Below, piece after piece: positions 36,796 through 46,452 of a stretch of DNA of 64,000 nucleotides (its first letter is position 1; every line of letters starts with the position of its first letter). The DNA lies in assembly GCA_965204595.1 (NCBI GenBank), contig CBDBEW010000005.1, forward strand, positions 742,565 through 806,564, written 5' to 3'. This stretch comes from Candidatus Aldehydirespiratoraceae bacterium (GTDB lineage Bacteria; Actinomycetota; Acidimicrobiia; Acidimicrobiales; Aldehydirespiratoraceae). The position numbers were made by a program, and so were the translations under genes. Under the pieces are notes generated by a model, which was not told where the DNA came from, searched no databases, and was given only the letters and a program-made list of their open reading frames with translations.

Positions 36796-37761
36796 TCAGG
36801 ACGAGTCCAGTCCTGCCACCCATTCCTCAGCGTGGTCCCAGAGGCGCTTCGACATTGAGGCGTCGATCGCCTCGGGTGATGGCCGCGACGGTGTGCATGC
36901 TTCGTAGTATTTGCCGCCTTGGAAAGGGACTGCGGACGCGCAGGCTATTGTGGTCTGAGCACCGTCAAACTGGCTGAGAAAGAACGGGGCCATCAGCGGC
37001 TTGCCCAGCCGGAACAGCATTTTCAGTATCGGTTGAGCATCAAGGCCCGACTGCGTCAGGTTGCTGCGCACGTCCCCAGGATGAAGGGCCGCGGACTGCA
37101 GGCCGTGTTCAGCGGCAAAACGGCGCTGCATCTCGAAAGCGAAATGCACAAGAGCCAGCTTCGACTGCGCGTACGACTCCCACGAGTCATAGCGGCCAGG
37201 TGCCTTGGTGAAGAAGCGGTCGTTGCTGCCCTTCTCGTGGATGACGGACGAGGTGATGACGACCCGGGCGTCTCCGGTGCGTTGACCCGCACTCTTCAAT
37301 AGGGGTAGCAGCAATCCGGTCAGATGGAAGGTGCCGAGAAAATTGACTCGCCAGTGGATCTCCTCACCGTCGCTTGCCAAGATCGGAGACACGCTGCGTT
37401 TCGCGATGTCCTTGAACAAGCCGGCATTGTTGACCAGAACATGCAGTTCGTCGCTGTGATGTTCCCGATACCAGTGCGCGAAACGGATGACGCTCGCGGA
37501 ATCTGAGAGATCCATAGACTGCGCCGTGATTCCACCTCCGGCCGAGCCACGTTCCGGAAGTTCGTCACGCAATGCTTGCTGCAGGTCTTCGACGTCGCCG
37601 AGCGAGGTGACGACGACGTCTGCTCCCCAAGCCGCGAGCACCCTTGCGACTTGGTAGCCGATCGAGTTGAAGGCGCAGCCGGTCACAATCACGTTCCGAC
37701 CCGAGAGGTCGACACGTTTCGCTCTTGGTTTGGATTTCATGAATGGGCGACGTGTCACCAT
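36796..37761 (-). CDS. Short-chain dehydrogenase/reductase (SDR)
   Basis: 321 aa. VIVTGCAFNSIGYQVA (TGxxxGxG), NNAG and YAQSKLA (YxxxK). Confidence 0.85.
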   Translation of the reverse strand: MVTRRPFMKSKPRAKRVDLSGRNVIVTGCAFNSIGYQVARVLAAWGADVVVTSLGDVEDLQQALRDELPERGSAGGGITAQSMDLSDSASVIRFAHWYREHHSDELHVLVNNAGLFKDIAKRSVSPILASDGEEIHWRVNFLGTFHLTGLLLPLLKSAGQRTGDARVVITSSVIHEKGSNDRFFTKAPGRYDSWESYAQSKLALVHFAFEMQRRFAAEHGLQSAALHPGDVRSNLTQSGLDAQPILKMLFRLGKPLMAPFFLSQFDGAQTTIACASAVPFQGGKYYEACTPSRPSPEAIDASMSKRLWDHAEEWVAGLDSS

Positions 37762-37816
37762 TAGCCCCGCATATTCAGTAGGGAGTCTGTGTGGGGGTGG
37801 TTGAGACCGCGAAATG

Positions 37817-37961
37817 CCCTCTTGGTGTGGCGTTGTCGGGTTTCGGGAAACGTTCCCGAGACCACACCAAGAGGAGCACTCACATGGTGGAGCATACGGT
37901 ACCAGAAACCGACTGTTGATATGAATAGATGAGGAGCACTCACATAGTGGAGCATACAGTA
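37817..37961. promoter_or_regulatory. Structured intergenic element: 13-bp inverted repeat plus two 31-bp direct repeats 60 bp apart
   Basis: cctcttggtgtgg (37818-37830) pairs with ccacaccaagagg (37862-37874) around a loop holding the near-palindrome cgggaaacgttcccg. gaggagcactcacatRgtggagcatacRgta occurs at 37871-37901 and 37931-37961. Confidence 0.4.
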
Positions 37962-38203
37962 AAGATGCCTTATGATTACGTCATGGATCACATCGTGGCG
38001 TTGGAACCACAGACGATCCGTTCATTATCGGTGCTCTCAGCTTCGGTGGCAGGAATGCCAGTCCCTGGTTCTTGCGCTTAGGCCGGAGTATCTCTCGCAC
38101 CTGTGAGACGATCGACATGTCGATGAGCCTGCCGTCCACCGGAGTGATTCAATCTTGTTGTTTCGTGTTGTGCGTGGAGTGGAAGTCGGGTAGTGTTGCG
38201 TTT

Positions 38204-38464
38204 ATGGATGTAGAGGCTGTAGCACAACTGGTCGTGTTTGTCATGGCCGCGTTGGGGATCGTTTGGCACCAACAGCACAGTAGTGACAAGATCCGAGACG
38301 AACTTCACGAGTCTAACCGCGAGCACCGTGAGGACTTCAACGGACTGCGTGAAGGCATTGTTGAGAACGGGATGCGACTGGCGCGGATCGAGGGTCATTT
38401 GGGGATTGGCTTTATAGTGCCCTCCGACGAGACTGCCGAGTCCAGTGGAGAGGATCTCGGCTAG
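38204..38464 (+). CDS. Small membrane protein with charged coiled segment
   Basis: Inner ATG at 38204 gives MDVEAVAQLVVFVMAALGIVW (TM helix), then ..DKIRDELHESNREHREDFNGLREGIVENGMRLARIEGHLG... The architecture resembles the three coiled-coil paralogues. The upstream 44 codons of the track ORF look non-coding. Confidence 0.4.
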   Translation: MDVEAVAQLVVFVMAALGIVWHQQHSSDKIRDELHESNREHREDFNGLREGIVENGMRLARIEGHLGIGFIVPSDETAESSGEDLG

Positions 38465-38675
38465 AGGGCTGTGCATCCCGAGAGTTTCAAGGTTGCCGGC
38501 TCGGTCTACGTGGCGAAGCTTGTGGGCGTGTCGGTGAGCACTGTCTCCTACACTCTCAGCAGGGTGAAACCGGCCTCGGAATGGCGAAACTTACTCGCCG
38601 ACACTGCCGCCTGGCTGTCGCTGTCGACGAGTGCGACCAGTCAGACAAGCTCGCCTGATAAGGAGACCTGAGAAG

Positions 38676-39845
38676 ATGTCCACCATCACCTTAGAGAAGA
38701 TCAACAAGGTGTACGAGAACGGGTTCCACGCCATCCACGACCTCGACTTGGAGATCGCCGACACCGAGTTCCTCGTGCTGGTGGGTCCATCGGGCTGCGG
38801 GAAGTCGACGGCGCTTCGGATGGTGGCGGGCCTAGAGGCGATCACCGACGGCGAAATGCGCATCGGCGACCGAGTCGTGAACGGTGTCGTGCCCAAGGAC
38901 CGCGACATCGCCATGGTCTTTCAGAACTACGCTCTCTACCCCCACATGTCGGTGTACGCCAACATCGGCTTCCCTCTCAAGCTGGCGAAGATCCCCAAAG
39001 AAGAGAAAGACCGACGCGTCAGAGAAGCAGCCGCGATCCTGGAACTCGACGAGCAGCTCGACCGAAAGCCGGCGCAACTCTCGGGTGGCCAGCGTCAGCG
39101 CGTGGCCATGGGACGGGCGATCGTGCGCCAGCCGGCCGCCTTCTTGATGGACGAACCCCTCTCCAACCTCGACGCCAAGCTGCGGGTGCAGATGCGCGCC
39201 GAGATCGCCGCGCTGCAACGCAAGCTGGGAGTCACCACGTTGTACGTGACCCACGACCAGGTGGAGGCCATGACCATGGGCGACCGGGTGGCGGTGTTGA
39301 AGGACGGTTTCCTCCAACAGGTGGACACGCCCCAGCGTCTCTACGACCGTCCCGAGAACGTGTTCGTCGCCGCCTTCATCGGCTCGCCCTCGATGAACCT
39401 GTTCGAGGGCATCTTGCACGTCGACAGCGAGGGCGGTGGCGGGAGCCTGTCTTTCGGCAGCCAGAGCGTTTCGCTTCCGCCCGAGGTCTTCGCGGCTAGA
39501 CCCGCGCTCTTAGCCTACGACGGTAAACCGTTGATCTTCGGCATCCGCCCCGAAGACATGGAGGATGCGTCGCTCATAACGCGCCCCGACGATCAATGCA
39601 TCCGCGGGGAAGTCAGCCTCGTCGAAGCGCTTGGGGCGGAGATACTGGTACATTTCGGACTCGACTCCGTGCCTGTCGACTCTGGGGATCCCGACGCGGT
39701 GGCCGAACTCGGCAACACCGCCGTGGTGGTCGGCAGGTTCAACCCGAGGAGTCGGCTGCGCCTGCGCGACACTGCCACGGTGGCGGTCCAGACAGAGTTC
39801 ATCAGCTTCTTCGATGCCTCGACACGCTTGGCGATCTGGGGTTGA
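38676..39845 (+). CDS. Sugar ABC transporter ATP-binding protein (MalK/UgpC/MsiK type)
   Basis: Start at ATG 38676 with an AAGGAGA RBS. Walker [10 protein letters not shown], signature [14 protein letters not shown], Walker [12 protein letters not shown], and a C-terminal TOBE-like regulatory domain. Confidence 0.9.
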   Translation: MSTITLEKINKVYENGFHAIHDLDLEIADTEFLVLVGPSGCGKSTALRMVAGLEAITDGEMRIGDRVVNGVVPKDRDIAMVFQNYALYPHMSVYANIGFPLKLAKIPKEEKDRRVREAAAILELDEQLDRKPAQLSGGQRQRVAMGRAIVRQPAAFLMDEPLSNLDAKLRVQMRAEIAALQRKLGVTTLYVTHDQVEAMTMGDRVAVLKDGFLQQVDTPQRLYDRPENVFVAAFIGSPSMNLFEGILHVDSEGGGGSLSFGSQSVSLPPEVFAARPALLAYDGKPLIFGIRPEDMEDASLITRPDDQCIRGEVSLVEALGAEILVHFGLDSVPVDSGDPDAVAELGNTAVVVGRFNPRSRLRLRDTATVAVQTEFISFFDASTRLAIWG

Positions 39846-39905
39846 GTGCCGCAGGCGAACCTGAAGCTGCGCCTCGGTGTCGGGGGCACTCCGCGGCGAC
39901 GCGGC

Positions 39906-40340
39906 TCAGATCGGGGTGACTCCCTTGCGGAGCAGGACGTTGGCGTACGTGGCGGTTTCCCCTGTGGCGACAACGACTTGGGCTTGCGCCGCCTCCGCAT
40001 AGAAGTTCTGCCGGCTCAGGAGCCGTACGTCTGACCCGGTGGGCGACCATGGGTTGATCGTCTCAATGAGCTGCTTGCGGAAGGCTTGGTCGATTTCGTC
40101 GCCGGGTTCGGGAGCCATGAGGGCAACCGGCGGTGGCCCGTAGGTGTCGAGGGCGAGGAGTGTGACAACGGCTGCGGTCAGCGGCACGATGCCTGCGGCA
40201 TCGAGCCTGTGCTCTCGCTGTTCGGAGAGGGCTGCGGCGGGAAAGTGGCCGTCGCACAGGACGATCGTGTCGCCGTGGCCCATACGCCACATCGCGGCGA
40301 TCAGGTCTGGGGTCAGAAGTGGTGGGATTCCCCTCAGCAT
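39906..40340 (-). CDS. fucU: L-fucose mutarotase (RbsD/FucU family)
   Basis: 144 aa, collinear with E. coli FucU: ..L.P.L...L..MGHGD.I...D.HFPA.......DSY.PP........FYE.A......V.TGE...Y.N.LL.KGVTP. Confidence 0.8.
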   Translation of the reverse strand: MLRGIPPLLTPDLIAAMWRMGHGDTIVLCDGHFPAAALSEQREHRLDAAGIVPLTAAVVTLLALDTYGPPPVALMAPEPGDEIDQAFRKQLIETINPWSPTGSDVRLLSRQNFYAEAAQAQVVVATGETATYANVLLRKGVTPI

Positions 40341-40648
40341 GGCAGCGACGGCGGCTGCGGGACTGGAGAGGGCACCGCAGCACGTAGAGCACAGAACATA
40401 TGATCTTTATACCACGATTGTGCCCATTCCGAGCGGATAATCCTCAAAAATGTTCCTAATTATCTAATCATTAATTTGACAGTGGATGTCGCGCCGTGTA
40501 TCCTTAGCCTATGGAGGAGGTACCACTACGAGCGGGGTAACGTTCAGGTTGCCTTGGATCAGGTCGGTCGGAGGCGACTCGGTAGCGAAAGCCCAATGGT
40601 CAGTGCACAAAATCCAGATCCCAAAAACAACCTATTGGTAAGGAGAAA

Positions 40649-42226
40649 ATGATGAATTCAAAGCAACGTGGAGCCACAACGACGTGCTATTTGCTCGCTG
40701 TGCTCGCTGCGTTCGCGGTGTTGGCCGCGGCTTGCGGCGGCGACGGGGACGACGCGGCACCGACGACAACTGTCCAGGCAACCCCAACGACGGCTTCCGG
40801 TACCACGGCTCCCGAACCCGCTTCGTTGCCGTTCGAGGGCGTGAACGTGGAGCTGCTGACCCACACGGGTCCGACGATCGCCGAGCCGCTGCAGCGCCGG
40901 GCACCTGACTTCAACGCGCTTACCGGCGCGAACGTGCAGGTCACCACGGTTCCGTTCGGTGAGCTGTACAACAACATCTTGACTGATGCGGCCACCGGCA
41001 CCAACAGCTTCGACGCATGGGTCTTCGCTCCTCAGTGGATAGTGGACTTCGCGGTCCCGGGCTACATCGAGAACCTGACGAGCCGGATAGCCGCCGACAA
41101 CGCCCTCGAATGGAACGACGTGGCACCGTTCTTCCGCGACTTCTCGTCCACTTTCGAGGGTTCGGTCTACAGCATCCCGCTAGACGGCGACTTCCACATG
41201 GTCTACTACCGCAGCGACGTGCTCGAAGAGGCTGGTCTGGAGCCGCCGAGGACCTGGGACGACTACCTCGCGGTGGCTGAGGCGGTCCACGGAACAGACA
41301 TGAACGGCGACGGCGAGGCCGACTACGGCAGCTGCATCTCCAAGGCGCGGGGTCAGCAGTCGTACTGGTGGATCACCTCCATAGCGGCACCCTATGTCCA
41401 GAGCCAGGGAACCTCCTCCGGGGCGTTCTTTGACTTGGACTCATTCACGCCGCTAGTGGACAACGAAGGCTTCATCCGGGCACTGGAGGTCTATGCGGCC
41501 ACGGGTGAGTTCGGACCCCCCGAAGAGAACAACCACGGCGTCGGCGACTCGCGGGGACTGTTCACCTCAGGCCGCTGTGCCCTGACCCTAGACTGGGGCG
41601 ACATCGGCACCCTGGCCGCCGACACTGAGAACTCCGAAGTTGTCGACCTGGTCGGCTCGCTGGTGACACCCGGCAGCCGGCAAGTCATCGATGCCAACGG
41701 ACAGCTAGTCCCGTGCGATGCCAGCACATGCCCCCATGCCGTGGACGGCGTGAACTTCGCGCCGTTCGCTTCCTTTGGAGGCTGGTCGGGTGGCATCAAC
41801 GCCAACAGCGACGATCGCGTGAAGGATGCCGCGTATGCGTTCCTGTCCTACATGGCGCAGACTGCACAAGCAAATGTCGATGTCACCATCGGTGCGACCG
41901 GGTTCAACCCGTACCGGACCTCACAGTTCGAGAACCTCGACCTGTGGGTGGACGGCGGCATGAGCCGGGCCGCGGCGCAGGACTACCTAGGTGCGATAGG
42001 CGATAGCCTCAGCAGCCCCAACATGGTTCTTGACCTGCGCGTGCCGCAGAACCAGCGGTACCAGCAGAACGTCCTCGACACCGTGCTGGCACAGTTCATT
42101 GCAGGAGAACTCACCGCGCCGGACGCCGCCTCGGAGATCTACGACCAGTGGGAGGAGATCACCGACGAACTGGGGCGCGACGACCAGCTGACCGCCTACC
42201 GCAGCACGCTCAACGTCACCCGCTAA
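40649..42226 (+). CDS. ABC transporter extracellular solute-binding lipoprotein (sugar family)
   Basis: 525 aa. AGGAGA RBS, signal plus lipobox LAAACGG. The size and pattern fit family-1 solute-binding proteins, and two permease genes follow. Confidence 0.8.
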   Translation: MMNSKQRGATTTCYLLAVLAAFAVLAAACGGDGDDAAPTTTVQATPTTASGTTAPEPASLPFEGVNVELLTHTGPTIAEPLQRRAPDFNALTGANVQVTTVPFGELYNNILTDAATGTNSFDAWVFAPQWIVDFAVPGYIENLTSRIAADNALEWNDVAPFFRDFSSTFEGSVYSIPLDGDFHMVYYRSDVLEEAGLEPPRTWDDYLAVAEAVHGTDMNGDGEADYGSCISKARGQQSYWWITSIAAPYVQSQGTSSGAFFDLDSFTPLVDNEGFIRALEVYAATGEFGPPEENNHGVGDSRGLFTSGRCALTLDWGDIGTLAADTENSEVVDLVGSLVTPGSRQVIDANGQLVPCDASTCPHAVDGVNFAPFASFGGWSGGINANSDDRVKDAAYAFLSYMAQTAQANVDVTIGATGFNPYRTSQFENLDLWVDGGMSRAAAQDYLGAIGDSLSSPNMVLDLRVPQNQRYQQNVLDTVLAQFIAGELTAPDAASEIYDQWEEITDELGRDDQLTAYRSTLNVTR

Positions 42227-42455
42227 CCTCTGGTCATGCGCGTCCCGCCTGGGCGACAGCCTCAAAGGCCCCACGACACGGGGACTGCCGGTCGAATGTG
42301 CTGGCAGCCCCGGGTCTGGTGTCTGAACCCTTCACCACACGAGGGCTGCTGCCCAGGCGGCGCGAGGCCGCCCAAGCCCAAGCGGGCGATCGCGCGCATT
42401 GCCGGCCGCGTAGTCTTCGGCTGCTCGGTCGTCATCGCCCACCAGAGGTACTGCC

Positions 42456-43604
42456 TTGGCAGAGCCTGAGGACGTCACAACTCGATCAGTCCCGCGGCGG
42501 CGCACCGTCGAGCTGTTCCCGCACGAGGCACTGTCCAAGCGGTTGCTGCTCAGCCCGACAGTGCTGCTCGTCGTGTTGCTGAGCATCGTGCCGCTGATCT
42601 TCTCGGGCTATCTCGCCCTCTCCCGCTTCCGCTTCGTGCAGGGGGGATTCGAGATCAAGTTTCTCGGACTCGACAACTTCGAGAAGCTGATAGTCGGCAG
42701 TCAGCAGCGCAGGTTCATCGGCGACCTGGGCCAGACACCTTGGTGGGCTTGGGCCGCTTTGGCAGTGTTCGTGGCGATCCAGGCGCGTTTGGCGGTGCGG
42801 GCCGTGCGCGCCTCGCGGCGGCGTATCCTGGTCGGCACTACCCGCATCATTGTGCTAGCGGTGACGACGGTGCTGGCGTTGTTGGTCGTTCGGACCCTGA
42901 CCGGGGGCGGGATCCCGGGCACGCTGGTGGTGACGTTGGTGTTCGTGGCGCTGGGTGTGGTGCTGCAGTACATCCTCGGCCTCGGCCTCGCCATGGCGGC
43001 ATCGCAGCAGTTGCGGGGTCGGCGGCTGTTCCGCACCGTTTTTTTGATCCCGATGATAATCACACCCGTGGGTGCAGCTTTCCTGTTCAGGATGGTTACC
43101 GACACCGGCAAGGGGCCGCTCGCGCCGGTTTGGGATCTGATTTTCAGCGGCAGCGAGTACACCTGGATCGACGACCCCTGGCCGGCTCGCATTGCAATCG
43201 TGCTGGCCGACACCTGGCAGTGGACGCCGTTCATGTTCATCATCTTGCTGGCCGCGGTCCAAAGTCTCTCGCCGGAACTCAACGAGGCTGCGAAAGTGGA
43301 CGGTGCCCGGGCCTGGAGCTTATTCCGCTACGTGACCTTTCCTCAACTTGTCCCGGTTTCGCTGACCCTCGTGCTGATCCGCTGCATAGAGGCGTTCAAG
43401 ATCGTCGACCTGCCCCAGGTCCTCACCGGCGGCGGTCCCGGCACCGCCACTGAGTCTCTGTCTTTGCATGCGCTGCTGGAGTGGAGGACACTCAACCTCG
43501 GTGGCTCGGCTGCGCTGTCTTATGTGCTGCTGTTCGTCACCACGTTCGTGGCGCTGCTCATCGTCAACTACGGACGACGCCGGGCCGTAGCGAGGTTAGC
43601 GTGA
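42456..43604 (+). CDS. Sugar ABC transporter permease (MalF/UgpA-like)
   Basis: 382 aa, multi-TM, with EAA-loop-like LNEAAKVDGARAWSLFRYVTFP. The exact start is uncertain. Confidence 0.8.
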   Translation: MAEPEDVTTRSVPRRRTVELFPHEALSKRLLLSPTVLLVVLLSIVPLIFSGYLALSRFRFVQGGFEIKFLGLDNFEKLIVGSQQRRFIGDLGQTPWWAWAALAVFVAIQARLAVRAVRASRRRILVGTTRIIVLAVTTVLALLVVRTLTGGGIPGTLVVTLVFVALGVVLQYILGLGLAMAASQQLRGRRLFRTVFLIPMIITPVGAAFLFRMVTDTGKGPLAPVWDLIFSGSEYTWIDDPWPARIAIVLADTWQWTPFMFIILLAAVQSLSPELNEAAKVDGARAWSLFRYVTFPQLVPVSLTLVLIRCIEAFKIVDLPQVLTGGGPGTATESLSLHALLEWRTLNLGGSAALSYVLLFVTTFVALLIVNYGRRRAVARLA

Positions 43605-44635
43605 GCGTCCGCACCCTCTCCCGCTCCCGGGAGCGCGGCCCGCTTGACCTGAGCTTGCGTGCGCGCACAGGCGCGTACGCGGTACTGGTAGTTTGGGCGG
43701 TGATCGTGCTGTTTCCCGTCTTCTGGATGGTGACGACCTCCTTCAAGACGCCACTCGACGTCAACGCCGGCCCCGTCTATTTGCCCGGTGTCGATTACGA
43801 AGGGTCGACCGACGCCTGGAACTACATCATCAACGAGGAGCCCCAGACCGCCAGGGCATTTTTCAACACGGTGATCGTGGGCGTGGTCAGCTCGCTTTTG
43901 ACCCTGCTGCTGGCAGCGGCGGCCTCCTACGGCCTGTCACGCCTCGAGTACCGACCTCGCCTGGCGTCGGTGGCGGCCTTCATCGGGGGCATCGCGGTGG
44001 CCGCGGCGGCGGCCTTCGCGGGACTCGCTTGGCAGCTTGGTATCCTGCTCGGCCTGGCCTTCTTCGCGGCATCGGTGGCGACTTGGTCCAGGCGATTCGA
44101 AACGAGGCTGTCCAACGACGACATCGCCTTTTGGCTTATCTCCCAGCGCATCCTGCCGCCGATCGCCATCGTGTTGCCTCTGTACGTGTTCTTCCAGCAG
44201 CTCGACCTTCTCGACACGAGACAGGCCCTGATCATCACCTATGTCGGGGCGAACCTGCCGATCGCCATCTGGCTGCTGCGGGACTTCTTCGCCAGCATTC
44301 CCGTGGAGCTTGAGGAGGCCGCCGCGATTGACGGGGCGTCGAGGTTGCAGACCTTGCGCCACGTAGTGCTGCCGGCCGCGGTCCCAGGCCTTGTGGCCAC
44401 GTTCTTGTTCATCTTGGTCTTCGCATGGAACGAGTTCATCATCGCCAGCGTGCTTACCTCCGCTGACGCGCAGACGATGCCGATGCTGGTGGTGGCTCAG
44501 AACGCCACTCGCGGCCCGCAGTGGTGGAACATGTCGGTGCTGATCCTGATCATGTCGGTGCCGGTGGTGCTGATGGCCGGTGTCCTCGAGAGGTTCATCG
44601 CCCGCGGGCTGCTCGTCGGGGCCGTCAAGGGCTAG
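43601..44635 (+). CDS. Sugar ABC transporter permease (MalG/UgpE-like)
   Basis: GTG at 43601 overlaps the previous stop (GTGA). LFPVFWMVTTSFK and the EAA loop LEEAAAIDGASRLQTLRHVVLP are typical. Confidence 0.8.
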   Translation: MSVRTLSRSRERGPLDLSLRARTGAYAVLVVWAVIVLFPVFWMVTTSFKTPLDVNAGPVYLPGVDYEGSTDAWNYIINEEPQTARAFFNTVIVGVVSSLLTLLLAAAASYGLSRLEYRPRLASVAAFIGGIAVAAAAAFAGLAWQLGILLGLAFFAASVATWSRRFETRLSNDDIAFWLISQRILPPIAIVLPLYVFFQQLDLLDTRQALIITYVGANLPIAIWLLRDFFASIPVELEEAAAIDGASRLQTLRHVVLPAAVPGLVATFLFILVFAWNEFIIASVLTSADAQTMPMLVVAQNATRGPQWWNMSVLILIMSVPVVLMAGVLERFIARGLLVGAVKG

Positions 44636-44673
44636 CCCGGCTCGACGAGGTCCTAACCCGGCCAGGCAGGGTC

Positions 44674-45462
44674 CTAGCCCGGCCCGAGGGGTTCGCCGCT
44701 GTCGACTGGCTCCTGATCGGGGTCCTCGGCACGCATATCAAACTCCTGTCGCAGCCAATGTTCGACGTTGGCGATGTGTGAGGCCACGGCGGCCGCGGCC
44801 AGCACGGGCTCACGGTTCTTGATGTGGCGGAAGATGTCCTCGTGCTCGGTGCTGGACCTCGCCAGTATGTCCCTGACGTGGCGTCCCCGTAGGAGTCGGG
44901 TCCGCTGGGTTCCCGCCGAGAACGACGCGCACAGCATCCGCAGCGACGCGTTGCCGGCCGCGGTCGCGATCAGGTCGTGGAATCGCATGTCGAGAATCAC
45001 GAACCTCTCACTGTCGGTCTCGGCACTCAGCACGGCCAGGTGCTCTTCGAGCTCGCAGAGTTGTTCATCGGTGATCCTTGAAGCGGCCATGGCCGCCGCG
45101 GCCGACTCCATGACCCGTCGTATCTCGAAGATCTCAAGCGCGGTCCGCTCGTTGGCGACCTCTCCGAGCAGACCGAAACCTCGCAGCAGGCTCGTGCCGT
45201 CGAGTTCGGTCACATAGGTGCCGTCGCCTACCCGGACGTCGACGATGCCTAAGAAGGCGAGCACTCGAATGGCCTCGCGCAGCGGTCCGCGTGACACGTC
45301 CATCATCTCTGCGAGCTGGCTCTCGGGTGGGAGCCGTGTCATCGGCATCAATTCGCCCGAGCCGATCAGTGCTACGATCTTGTCGATGGTCCGGTCGGTG
45401 GCTGAGCGATTGGCCTCGATATGGGTCGGTGCCGTTCGGCCGTAGTAGGCATTTGCTGACAC
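44674..45462 (-). CDS. GntR/FadR-family transcriptional regulator (FCD domain)
   Basis: 262 aa. wHTH LPPESQLAEMMDVSRGPLREAIRVLAFLGIVDVRVGDGTYV plus an all-helical FCD-type C-terminal domain. Confidence 0.85.
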   Translation of the reverse strand: MSANAYYGRTAPTHIEANRSATDRTIDKIVALIGSGELMPMTRLPPESQLAEMMDVSRGPLREAIRVLAFLGIVDVRVGDGTYVTELDGTSLLRGFGLLGEVANERTALEIFEIRRVMESAAAAMAASRITDEQLCELEEHLAVLSAETDSERFVILDMRFHDLIATAAGNASLRMLCASFSAGTQRTRLLRGRHVRDILARSSTEHEDIFRHIKNREPVLAAAAVASHIANVEHWLRQEFDMRAEDPDQEPVDSGEPLGPG

Positions 45463-45471
45463 GTAGGCAGT

Positions 45472-46452
45472 CTAGCTGTGCTCGCCCGACCGTCTCACGG
45501 CGGGCTCCCAGTGCTCGGGCCGGCCCGAAGCCCAGGCAAGGTTGAGATTCTCGGGTCCGATAACGCCCTCGACCTCGGTGAGCAGGCCGTCATCGATCGG
45601 TTCCTCTGCGGCGGCCAGTGCCGCGTCGAGCGTGGCGATCCTGCTCGAGCCGAGCAGTGTCGTCGAAACATCGTCGTTCGCTAGCGCGAACTGGATTGCC
45701 AGAGCGGAGACAGAGACTCCCGCGTCGCGGCAGTGCTGGCGCACCCGCGCCGCCACATGCTGGGCGCGGTCGGTCGCGGGATGCCAATCCTGGGGACCTC
45801 GCTCGCTAAGGAGACCCATGTGCAGGATGCTGCCGTTGATTAAGGTTGTGCCGCGCCGTCGGGCTACCGGTGCCAAGTTCTCCTGCAACGACCGGTCCAT
45901 GAGGTTGTAGCGGCAGTATGAGAGCACGACGTCGAGCGGGAAGGTTTCGACAGCCTCGGCCAGCAGAGGCAGCGGGTAGCCCGTGACACCGATGTGGCGC
46001 ACCTTGCCCGCATTCTTGAGGTCGATGAGGGCACGCATCGCCTCGTCGAACACTTGTGCCTTGTCCCCGAACTCGATGTCGTGGAGCTGGTAGACATCGA
46101 GGAAGTCGGTCCTGAGTCTTCGCAGGCTAGTCTCGCACATTCCGATGATGCTGTCGTAGCTGAAGTCGAACCCCGTCTCGAGCGGCGCGTCGAAGCGCCC
46201 CCCCTTTGTGGCCAGCACGATCTGATCCCGATGGCCGGTCAGTGCTTTGCCGAGCCGCTCCTCGGACAGCCCGCGGCCGTAGTAGGCGGACGTGTCGAAG
46301 TAGGTGATCCCCCTGTCGATCGCGTGATGCACCACCGCGGCCGCGTCGTCGTCGGTGAGGCCACCGTACTCGTTGCCCAGCCCGGCACAGCCGAACCCGA
46401 TCCGCGAGACCTTCACGCCGGTCCCTGAAAGTGTGGTTCGCTCAATCGACAT
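45472..46452 (-). CDS. Aldo/keto reductase
   Basis: 326 aa. GFGCAGLGNEYG, FDTSAYYGRGLSEERLGKAL, YQLHD, and the overall AKR pattern. Confidence 0.85.
   Translation of the reverse strand: MSIERTTLSGTGVKVSRIGFGCAGLGNEYGGLTDDDAAAVVHHAIDRGITYFDTSAYYGRGLSEERLGKALTGHRDQIVLATKGGRFDAPLETGFDFSYDSIIGMCETSLRRLRTDFLDVYQLHDIEFGDKAQVFDEAMRALIDLKNAGKVRHIGVTGYPLPLLAEAVETFPLDVVLSYCRYNLMDRSLQENLAPVARRRGTTLINGSILHMGLLSERGPQDWHPATDRAQHVAARVRQHCRDAGVSVSALAIQFALANDDVSTTLLGSSRIATLDAALAAAEEPIDDGLLTEVEGVIGPENLNLAWASGRPEHWEPAVRRSGEHS

Noticed and set aside
37761-37991. 76-aa ORF on the minus strand in the SDR upstream region
   Set aside because: Its only notable feature (MLHYVSAP...MLHHVSAP) is the translation of the 31-bp direct DNA repeat. 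It has no RBS and no coding-like composition.
38631-38675. Upstream start for the ABC ATPase ([15 protein letters not shown]..)
   Set aside because: The extension is not conserved-looking. A strong AAGGAGA RBS precedes the ATG at 38676, which yields the canonical [13 protein letters not shown].. N-terminus.
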